A DNA stretch of 20,000 bases. It comes from Sphaeroforma arctica JP610. Taxonomy: Eukaryota. The translations under genes were made by a program, and so were the position numbers. Where the stretch lies: the NCBI RefSeq assembly GCF_001186125.1, contig NW_014040452.1, positions 60,232 through 80,231 on the forward strand, read 5' to 3'. Positions 1-9,035 of the stretch are shown piece after piece (the first letter of the stretch is position 1; each line of letters starts with the position of its first letter). The notes under the pieces are model-generated. The model saw only the letters and a program-made list of their open reading frames with translations, did no database searches and was not told where the DNA came from.

Positions 1-1
1 G

Positions 2-465
2 CTCAGGGACCAACTCAAAGGCCTCAATACCACCATGCCTAAATACTAACACATCTGCTCCCTCCTTCAATCCCTGCCAGACAGCTTCCAGCTCATCGCA
101 CAGGATATCATGGCCACTACCGACATCAATGCCTCAATGCCAGTGCAGTACTCAATAGCTCCTCTCTCTATGGCGTAGTCAGTACTCGCTTTCAATCACG
201 TGGTCATGGCACCGATACCCCCAGGCGCCCACCCATTGGCATAAACTCTACCACCGGTAACTGCGCCGCCTATACACAACCTGGCCACAATGCATATGAG
301 TGTCCCAACACTACCTGCCGCCGATGTGGTAGCAAAGACCACAAAGGGAATACCTGCACCACCACAGGCAAACTCACATGCGACCATTGTAGACACTCCA
401 CCGGCCACACGACTGCAGCGTGTATTCGCGGCAAATGCAACTCATCTACCACTGCCACCAACTGA
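2..465 (+). pseudogene. gag: Copia gag C-terminal remnant (UBN2-type capsid end plus nucleocapsid zinc knuckles)
   Basis: Frame 2 from 2 reads LRDQLKGLNTTMPKY*HICSLLQSLPDSFQLIAQDI (copia gag 'LL.SLP.S[FY]' motif). Frame 1 from 262 reads CAAYTQPGHNAYEC, CRRCGSKDHKGNTC, CDHCRHSTGHTTAAC. TGA at 463-465 is in the same frame as the downstream protease. Confidence 0.85.
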
Positions 466-534
466 GATGCCAGGGTAACGCGCGCCACCCACCCCAACCT
501 CTCCTCCAATACCACCCTCCCAACCCACTATACT

Positions 535-978
535 GTGCAATCTCTCACTCTGCGCGCAAAGCCCCGCACCGATACCGCCTTCATCGACTCAGGGACAGAT
601 ATCTCCATCGTCACCTCCACCGATCACCTCACCGACCTTCAGTCCGGCACATATATTATTGAACTGGCTGGCGGCTCTACTACCACCACATACACACGCG
701 GTACCATCCCTGGCATCGGCCCTGCCTTCGTGCTACCCACCGCTGCCCATCAATCTATCCTCTCCGTCCGCAACCTCCAACGCAATGGCTATACAGTCAC
801 TTTCCCCGAGATCAACACACCCAATAATCCCGGCGAGTGTCACATCACCTACGGAACTGACACCATTCAGATCGTCACCGAAGCCGCCGGTCGCTACATA
901 CTCAACGCCTTCCAAGCTGAGAACCTCACGCTTCGGACACCAGTCCACACGCGCCACCAAAGCTATGGCTATTGCTAA
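535..978 (+). pseudogene. pol: Copia aspartic protease and start of GAG-pre-integrase region
   Basis: AFIDSGTDISI (DSG at 586-594), IELAGG flap, SILSVRNLQRNGYTVTF and GRYIL are typical copia protease-region motifs. The ORF ends RHQSYG, resembling the 'WH.RLGH' motif. Confidence 0.9.
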
Positions 979-1012
979 CAACCTCCCCATCAAACCGCCA
1001 ATAGCCTACTGC

Positions 1013-1455
1013 AACGATTACCAACTCGCACCCGATCTCTTCGAAGACCACGTCCAAAAACCCTTCGGTCTCATCGACATCGACTTGTTTGCATCCAAAC
1101 ATAACAAGCAAGTACCCGCTTACTGTACTGAAGACTACATCGACAAAGTCACGCCCTACCACGATACATATAAACAAAACTAGCACCAACCCAACAAGAA
1201 GCTCTACGGCAATCAACCATGGAAGAACTTCTTCAAAAGCTGTCGCAAACTCGACAAAGACGCCGGCCGGGTCATCATGGTCTTCCTGTGAAACCGCGCG
1301 CCTCCTGGTGGACACAACTCATGGACCACCTCCAACCTCACGTCGAAAGTATCACATCATCGCCCAACACCTTCATCCGCCGTGGCTCCGATGGCTCTCA
1401 AGAGTTCGTTACCAATCCACCTTGGCTCTACACTGGTGTCGCTCTTTTCGGACCC
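1013..1455 (+). pseudogene. Dam-like DNA N6-adenine methyltransferase domain (phage T1 Dam/DIRS1-MT type) embedded in pol, disrupted
   Basis: Frame 2: NDYQLAPDLFEDHVQKPFGLIDIDLFASKHNKQVPAYCT...YHDTYKQN*HQPNKKLYGNQPWKNFFKSCRKLDKDAGRVIMVF. After a shift near 1285, frame 1: PVKPRASWWTQLMDH...TFIRRGSDGSQEFVTNPPWLYTGVALFGP. SAM-binding DLFAS..N at 1082-1105; catalytic-position YGNQPW at 1205-1222. Confidence 0.85.
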
Positions 1456-1533
1456 ACCAAATACGCAGTCCCCATTTCCGCCGGCCTCCAAACCGCCATT
1501 GACATCTTTATCCTCCACTCCGGCAAACCTGAA

Positions 1534-2310
1534 TGCACTTGCACCTCCTGCGCGAGAGGCAAGATGCGCAAGAAAGCCACTAGCAACAAGCCCCGTTCTC
1601 TTCCCGACATAGGCTCCGAATGGCAAGTCGACCTTGAAGGGAAATTCGAAGAAAGCTACGGGGGCCACGCCTATACTATCCGCTACTTTGAACGTACTTC
1701 TGGTCTCGAATACGAGGAAAACCTCAAGCACAAAAACGACGCCGCTGCCACCCTTGACCGCTTTTACACCTGGATTGAGAACATAGGCCGCCGTCGCATA
1801 CGCACTGTTATTGCCGACCGCGGTGGTGAGTTCATTTCCGCCGAATTCAAACGAGTGAACCATCTACATCATGCACAAATCCTATACAACGGTACTGACG
1901 ACTCTGCCCAACACGGCGGCGTTGAACGTGGTCTCCAGGCAAATAAGAAGACTGCTCTCTGCCTCATCGCCCAATGCAAGCAACTCAGACACATGTGGGC
2001 GGAAGCTAAGTCTCACGCCACCCACCTACACAATATCTCTCCTCGTGACACCAACCCCGGCCGTGCCAGCCCCTACGAGCACTTCTTCGGCCGTACACTC
2101 ACCGCCCACGTGCACGCATTACGAGTATATGGCTGTATTACCATGTTTATCGACCATGGTAACAAAGATAAGCTCCGTGAACAAGTTTGCTTCGGCGTTC
2201 TCCTTGCTCGCGATCTCTTCTCCAGAAACCCTGAAGAATACCGCATGCTCAACACCGCCACAGGCCTAGTCATCACCACACGTCACGTAACATTCAACGA
2301 AGGAATCTTC
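1534..2310 (+). CDS. pol: Copia integrase (CxxC of zinc finger, DDE core, C-terminal SH3-like region), part of ORF 1219-3627
   Basis: CTSCARGK at 1540-1563; VDL (D at 1630); ADRGGEF (D at 1816); VER (E at 1924, D-X35-E spacing); MWAEA, SPYE, LRVYGC and TRHVTFNE motifs. Confidence 0.95.
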
Positions 2311-2919
2311 CCACTTTGGAAATCACACGGGTCCAAATCCCGCCCATATTTCACCGAGGACCAAATCTCCAAGGTTAACACATATCGTGACACTCTCCCA
2401 TCACTCCCCACGGATCCACAAAGCGAATCCACTGACCCCGAGCCCACGCTCACTCACGAGCCGCTCACCACACCCAGTTCACACACAGAGGACATGCCCT
2501 CCACCAACCCCATTTCAGCAACCTCCGACAACCCTGTATCCCCTGATCTCCATGAGCGCCTCCAAGCCGCCACTCAGCGTGTCGCTCGCTCCACAAAGTC
2601 AACACCTACTGCACGGCAAGCGGACAAGGCACACATTAGCACTGACGCACACCACACACAACAACCTGCCAAAGCCGCCCAACTCGACCGTGCTGCTCAG
2701 GAACAAGCATGCATCCTCGGCAACGCATACAATGACAGGCTACAACAACACATCCGTAAACGTCCCAACTCCCGTGAACTACGCAACCTTCTCATCGACA
2801 CATGTGACAACACACATCACACCGGCATACCTGCCATTACGTCCAACCCTCCTCCACTCACGCGGAAAGTACGTAAGCATGTCTACAGTGTGTGCGAATC
2901 TATACAAAACTCACCAATC

Positions 2920-3960
2920 ACCCCTACTACCATCAACCAAGCACTGAAATCCCCTGAAGCTGACCTCTGGCGCGCGGCCATTCAACGCGAGCTTGACAGC
3001 CTCCACAGTACCGGCACAAACGTCCTTTGTGATGCCACTGACCTCCCACCTGACGTACTTACCGTCACATCTAAGTGGGTCTTCAAGATCAAGATGATCA
3101 ATGGCGTCATCGACAAGTACATGGCTCGGCTAGTCGCTCGCGGATCCACACAAACCAAGGACGTCAACTTCACGGAAACCTACGCACCCACCTGCACTCA
3201 CGACAATCTCCGCACACTCCTCGCTATTGCCGCCAACCAGGGCTGGCACACAAAGCAGATGGATGTCAACATCGCATTTCTTCACGCTGATCTCGACCAC
3301 CCGATCTACATGAAAGCTCCATCGGGCCCCGCACAAATCGGCCTTGTCCCTTCCAAAATCCTCGAACTCAAAAAGTCCCTGTACGGGCTCAAGCAGTCCG
3401 GCAAGCTCTGTTTCTCACTGATCAAATCCAAACTTCTCTTCTTCGGCTTCACCCAAGCCCACACTGACAGATGCCTCTTTCACATCCGCACCCCCACATA
3501 TAACTGCACAGTGCTTATATATTTCGACGACCTCATTATCTGCGGCTTTACCCAAAAAGATGTGGACAAATTCAAGCGACAACTCCTTGCCGTCTTCGAC
3601 TGTTCCATACTCGGAGAGCCCGCCTAGCTATTAGGTTGTCGTATCGTCACCAACGACATATCCACTAGCGTTGTCCAGACCTCCTACATCGACGAGGCCG
3701 TCCAACACTTCGGCCTTGAGTCTGCCCACGCCGTCCACACGCCCCTCCCTGCAACTACCCTTTCCGCCCACCATGGCCCGCCCTTCCCCTGCGCGTACCG
3801 CGAACTCGTCGGCACTCTCCTCTACCTATCCATCCTCGTCCGTATTGACATCACCTTCGCCGTGAACACTCTTTCGCGATTCCTCAATAACCCCAGCGAG
3901 GACCGCTGGAACGTAGCATGCAGAGTCCTACGCTACCTCAAAACACACCCAACACTCGGA
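2920..3960 (+). pseudogene. pol: Copia reverse transcriptase (RVT_2 type) with one in-frame stop
   Basis: PTTINQAL..W..AI..EL.SL, KWVFKIK, ARLVARG, QMDVNIAFLHADL, LKKSLYGLKQSG and YFDD (3520-3531, normally YVDD). After TAG at 3625-3627 the same frame continues LLGCRI...YRELVGTLLYL...RIDITFAVNTLSRF. Confidence 0.95.
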
Positions 3961-3999
3961 CTCACATACACAAAGTGTCCACAACCCCTTTCCACCGAC

Positions 4000-4593
4000 G
4001 CATACACAGACTCAGACTATGCTAGTTGCCCTGACACACGTCGATCAACGACAGGCTACGTCATCCGTGTTTGCAACACACCCGTTATCTGGAAAAGCAG
4101 GCAACAGAAAACAGTCAGTACCAAGCCCGCTGAGGCAGAGTACTTTGCCACCAGTGAGGCCGCCAAACACATACAGTGGCTGCGTAACTTCCTGTCCGAA
4201 CTCAACCTCGCATCTGACAGCCCGACCACACTCTTCTATTGCGATAACAAGTCTGCTGTCCACGTAATTACCAACACGGGCACGCCAAAACAACTAAAAC
4301 ACATCGACATCCGTGTGCAAAATATCCGCGATCTGCAGGAACAAGGCGTGATTGACACCAAATACGTCGCCACTTCCGATTACATCGCAGACTATCTCAC
4401 CAAAAGCCTGCCACGCCCCGCACACAGTAAACATACCAGTTCGACGCTTACCCCGGTGCAAGATCCCGACGCTCGTGCCGATGCCACACCTACCACCAAC
4501 CTCATCGCAGCCTTTTCTCACTCCAGCGAATTCGAACACACACATATGGCTAACACTATCTTTCGAGTTTGTTTCCTACATGAAGCTAACTAG
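4000..4593 (+). pseudogene. pol: Copia RNase H and C-terminal tail of pol
   Basis: AYTDSDYA, RRSTTGY, WKSRQQ, EAEY, YCDNKSA, KHIDIR, IADYLTKSL (to 4410); stop at 4591-4593. Confidence 0.95.
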
Positions 4594-4754
4594 ATCCAGG
4601 AGAGTTACACACATGGTCCAACTTCCCGACTTTCTATCACAACACACCACATTGGCACCAAATCCAGTGAGAGGAGAGCCATCCATCTCATACTTCCGAA
4701 CCCAACCTCGCTTCACATCGCACGCGCTTCACACCACATTTGGTTTTCAAATTC

Positions 4755-4761
4755 AGGAGAG
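4755..4761 (+). promoter_or_regulatory. Polypurine tract (plus-strand primer)
   Basis: AGGAGAG immediately precedes TGTTGG, downstream of pol. Confidence 0.7.
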
Positions 4762-4933
4762 TGTTGGAGCAAATTTAAAACCCAAACTAACCCTAGAGAT
4801 ATTTGGTGTCAGAGTGTCAAAGTGTCATGTTGAGCAAATACAGCATGGTACACACGCCGTAGAATATTGTGAATATGTACATATTAGACCTACAATATGA
4901 TAACAAACTTACTTGTAAATATATGTTCTAACA
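4762..4933 (+). repeat. Probable 3' LTR (~172 bp)
   Basis: Starts TG directly after the PPT and ends CA. The termini TGTTGGAGCAAAT / ATATGTTCTAACA form a 10/13 inverted repeat. Composition switches from C-rich to AT-rich. The 5' LTR is not in the window, so the right end is unconfirmed. Confidence 0.65.
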
Positions 4934-4989
4934 AAATGTTTATTCAATTTATGGTCTTAGTATCATAGCACTTACATCCCCACACATCT

Positions 4990-5720
4990 CTACAGCTGCG
5001 AATCTCAGGCGAAGTAGTTTCCAACCTAGATAAACTTATACTCAAACGAGATGTCACTGTCTGCAGCAGACGCTCGGCACCAGCTAACTCCAGACCGTAC
5101 AGACGACGAAATCGTCTATAGTTTACCGGCTCGTCAGGTGCTGAACAACTTACTCAGTTCTTAGGCACTACACTGTGGACACTAGTTCACACCGTTCTTG
5201 AGCTATTAATCATCCCTTGTCTGTTATAGTCCCTATTTCTGCAGAGGGTATCCAGTACTCGCTCGAGCATCAGTCCTCATACCTAGCCTACCATGATCCG
5301 GGACATAAAATTCACTACCAATTTCGACAGTTGAACGCCATTCTCCAACGGGAGATCTGTGATCAAGCTCGTACTGAAACATGGCACCTGGTAATACGTA
5401 ACTACAAGATATCGCATCGAAATATATAGATACAGTCTTTGAAGCACGGTCAGCATCCACTATAATCGCCAAGCTCCTTTGGTTAATGCACGCATTTTGG
5501 TTCACCATCGGTACTTTCCCTATAGGCGGCTTTTGCAGTTTTCCATGCCCTGTACACACTCCAGTTACCTTCACCTCATCACACTCTGGGTGTGTCGACT
5601 GGATTCCGCGTCGCCTCACAGGCCCCATTCCATCTACATCAAATTCGGTTCTCTCACATCTTGTGAAAAGATAGGCTTGAATCCATATCGTTACCATAAA
5701 CTTGCATTTAATATAGTTCC
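4990..5720 (-). mobile_element. Highly degenerate reverse-transcriptase relic, probably DIRS/Ngaro (tyrosine-recombinase retrotransposon)-like
   Basis: Minus-strand fragments in the expected order: RYGFKPIF; EFDVDGMGP; GKVPMV; SIYFDAI; EIGSEFYV...LGMRT; VNY/IDDFVVC (~5098-5126, across a frameshift); YLGW about 30 codons later. Many stops and shifts. Confidence 0.4.
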
Positions 5721-6764
5721 TACCTCTCATGCAAATCATCAGCATCTCTTAACAAGAACAGGCGCTGACTTCCCAGTGCTAATCCACGCCATTATTTTTA
5801 CATTCCAGATTATCCAGGTGCTTTTACAACAGCACAGCGAGCACTCTACCCTCCCACATCAGCTACATCTATTCGCCCCTATCACTCGATATGTATCCCA
5901 GACGATCGCATCTTTTCTATAGGCCTCGACGTCAGACACAATCTTCTTATCGTTGGCTTTAACCCGACCGCCTATTACCCCAGTTCATACTAAAATGGTA
6001 CTCGTTGTGCCCTCTCCAGAACTAAGTGCACATACTCGATTAACCCTCTTCTGTGCCTACTTCCAAGCAGCATTTTGTAATGAAGGCTACATTGGAAGGC
6101 CTTTCTTTTAGCGATGGTATACACACTTTTACTTTTGATGCCTTTTAATTATGATACCAGCCGTTCCACGTCTGGACTGTATTTACGCTCACCTTATATA
6201 ACAATAAATTTTGACAAAGAGAACAAGCGCAGTAAGCTGATGTCAATTTCAATGCAGAGCCAGTTTCAACCCGCAGAGGTACACTTTTCAAAAGCAATTC
6301 ACTCTTTATGGTGTCATTTACTTCAAATGTTGGTATCAGATTTTACTGCAATTTGAACGTATCGATCGCCTGAATGGTATATTTAAATAATAGCTGTGCT
6401 CTTAGTAGAGCAAGATAATATTTTAAGGTAGAGATCCAAGTATACTACGTCTTTCTTTGTAAAGTTAATATCAAGAACGCAAGACTCATGATATACTCAG
6501 GAAAATTTTGTGTAACATTTGTACAGCAACGCAACAAGCCCGTTTCAATATGTATAAGGATCCTGCTCGCAGGGCCTACCTACCTGAATTTTGATTCTCA
6601 ACCGGAATGATTTGATTGAGCGATAAGGAAACTATTTTGTATTCAAGTGTGAATGAGAGTTTCTATATAATCATCCAGAATCAAGCTCTTGTCGATTGGA
6701 ATCAATCCTGCTGCTTTTGATATGCAGTCAACACCTGTCGTAATGTTTCATTGGACCCGACATA

Positions 6765-7258
6765 CAACATAGATTAGCAATTAAAATTTGCATTAACGTT
6801 TGTTCTATCGATATTGTTTCTGACTGACAGATACACACTTACTTAGCCCTCGCAATTGAGTGGTTTGCTGTGAACAGTAGGCGCATGATAGAAGTTACAT
6901 TCAGAAATTTGATTGTCCTTTTAATACACTCTGCTGTCATTAATCCACAGCTGATTTGATCTAAATTATAGCTCGTTAAGAATGATAAAATTCAAGGTAG
7001 ATATTCGAACATGTTTCGTCCCTATCTGCCATTGATGTGATGCCGGTTCTATTCAGCATTTACGCTCACCCATAGCAGATGTAAATACTGAAAATCGATT
7101 AGCGTGTGCGTACATCAATTTGCATTATTTTTTTGGATTTGCAGCCGCATCTTTCCAACACAGATTAGCAATTAAAACTCGCATTAGAGCCCGTTCTATT
7201 GGAGTTGTTTTTCTTCTTCTTATAATTGAATGGTTTGCTGTGAACAGTAATCGCATGA
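6765..7258. repeat. Diverged direct repeat pair (6765-6888 and 7156-7258)
   Basis: Shared CAACA[T/C]AGATTAGCAATTAAAA and an identical 19-mer TGGTTTGCTGTGAACAGTA (6861, 7231). Confidence 0.85.
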
Positions 7259-8170
7259 CAACAGATACAGACAGAAATGGGACTAAAGCTCCTCGAGTAG
7301 ATCTGATATCATACATCACGACGTCTCACAGGTAAGGAAGGCTCGCCGCCAATACTACTATCGACTTGTTAGGAGAGATATTCTCATGACGGACCGAGAC
7401 AAGCCTCTCATGCAAGCTTTACCCCTTGCCGTGAACATACCCAAATCCGCCTTTGTGACATGGTAGCAACCAACACGTTCCTGTTCAAATTGCTTGACTA
7501 TCGTACTATTGGATGTCTCTGTTCAGTGTGTCCCGGAGATAAGACTTTTGCTTCCAGTCACTTTACTTGTATCAGTATCAAAATGAGGCGTATTCTGGCG
7601 GGCCCTAACCTACCGCCAATTTGACGGACTCACTACAACAGCTACATAATAGAATCGGCAAAGCTACCACGACATCTGGGTTCTCTGCGAACATCTCGGG
7701 AGTTTCCTTCTCCATGAACAGCTGGCACCAATATACCCTCATCCAATATTGGTCAATAGTTTGATGTCACATCTTGGCACAATACTCTGCTGAAGTAATA
7801 TTTCCAGATTTCAGTACAGACTCATATTCTTGACTTGTGATACCGCCTTTGATACTTCCCGATGAGACTATCCAGTATATTTCAAATGCATCAGTTGTGT
7901 GGCGTGATATCGGGCAGCCTCCAACTTTGCTCCGAAGCAGAATTCGTTCAAAAATACTCAGACTAGCTCAGCTCAGATTACCACAACGAAAGTGGGCCAG
8001 CTTTATTCCACACAGTGGTACCTGATTTTTAGCTTCCCCCAATGGTGGAAGTATTCTGTATCAATCGTCGTGAATGAACACGCCGTATGTCCTCTATTGT
8101 TGCGTCACTCACCCCGAGCTCCTCTCAGCAGTTCGACAATCTTAACTTCCCTTCAATCTTCCCAGAACGT

Positions 8171-8230
8171 CTACAACGAATATGAAGTCTGATGTGAATG
8201 CTACAACGAATAGGAAGCCTGATGTGAATG
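8171..8230. repeat. 30-bp tandem duplication
   Basis: CTACAACGAATATGAAGTCTGATGTGAATG / CTACAACGAATAGGAAGCCTGATGTGAATG, 28/30 identical. Confidence 0.95.
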
Positions 8231-8374
8231 TAGACATAACTAAAGGGTTTTAGGGTTTTAATAGATTTATCCCTACTATACTCTCCTGTCATTGATCCGC
8301 AACCGACTAGATCCAAATCCTGGCTGCGCCATTGGTAAGAATAATAAAAAATCAAGCTATATGCCATCGGTGTG

Positions 8375-9035
8375 ATACCGGTTCTATTCATCAGATGCAT
8401 ATGTGATTTACGCTCATATCATTGCAGATGTGAATAATGAAAATTGATTACCATGTGTGTCTGCATTGATATGAATTTGTAACCTTTCGATTTACAGCCG
8501 ACAGGTTTCAACACAAGGCCCTCTTTGAACCCGATAGACAACGCAATAAAAGTCCTATAAAAGCATAGCAGCTTTCCCAATGGTATTGCTACTATTCGAC
8601 AGATTTTCACCAACCACGATGTTATTCTCCGACTTGGACGGTTTAGTTTAGGCTTTTAAAAATGTACAACAATAGGAAAACGCATAAACACGATGTCTTT
8701 CTCTATATTTCTACTGTCAAATACCGGTTCTGATCAACAGATGCATATATAGTATACGCTTCCTTCATTGCAGTTGTCAACAATGAAAAATAATGAATGT
8801 TTGTGGATATGAATTTGCAACCTTTCAATTTGCAACCTACAAGCTTCAACACAAGGCCACTTGGACCTGGTAAACAACATGATAACGCTTATGTGAGAGT
8901 GTCATAACATTTCCAACGGTGTTGCTACAATTTTTGAGATTTTCACTTACCACGACGCTACTCTTCGACTTGAACGGTTTGGTTAAGACTTTTGAAAATG
9001 TACAACAATAGAAAAATATACAATCGAGTCGTCTT
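8375..9035. repeat. Diverged ~346-bp tandem repeat (8375-~8700, 8721-~9035), with partial related copies at ~7028-7146 and ~9900-10085
   Basis: Collinear anchors in both copies: ATACCGGTTCT, CAGATGCATAT, GATATGAATTTG, TTCAACACAAGGCC, CGACTTG[G/A]ACGGTTT, AAAATGTACAACAATAG. Confidence 0.85.

Larger units (their letters stand above)
1..4933 (+). mobile_element. Ty1/copia LTR retrotransposon (5' part outside window), degenerate, carrying an extra Dam-like methyltransferase domain in pol
   Basis: Domain order gag-CCHC / PR (DSG) / IN (D,D35E) / RT / RNase H is diagnostic of copia (IN before RT). It is followed by the purine tract AGGAGAG and TGTTGG...CTAACA. In-frame stops at 47, 463, 1181 and 3625; frameshifts near ~140-240, ~970 and ~1285. 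Confidence 0.96.

Noticed and set aside
463..465. Programmed stop-codon readthrough between gag and pol
   Set aside because: Copia gag-pol is usually one frame and this copy has several other random stops. CGA>TGA decay is the simpler explanation.
1219..1290. ATG at 1219 as the real start of an 802-aa protein
   Set aside because: The first ~22 codons are out of frame relative to the MTase motifs. The ORF start is an artefact of the frameshift near 1285 in a longer gag-pol.
2390..2900. Additional captured domain between integrase and RT
   Set aside because: The Pro/Thr/Ser-rich low-complexity sequence is typical of the variable copia IN-RT linker, and no motifs were recognised.
196..4900. 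Many short alternative-frame and antisense ORFs over the retrotransposon
   Set aside because: They are shadows of the C-rich, stop-poor pol sequence. Only the 3' part of ORF 659-1183 (the MTase N-half) is meaningful.
7330..8170. Possible second decayed coding or TE fragment on the minus strand
   Set aside because: Composition looks coding-like, but no convincing family motif was found in the frames I translated.
8171..8230. CRISPR-like 30-bp repeats
   Set aside because: Two adjacent copies with no spacer, in a eukaryotic context with no cas genes.
8244..8260. Telomere-like AGGGTTTTAGGGTTTTA
   Set aside because: Only about two units, within chance expectation.
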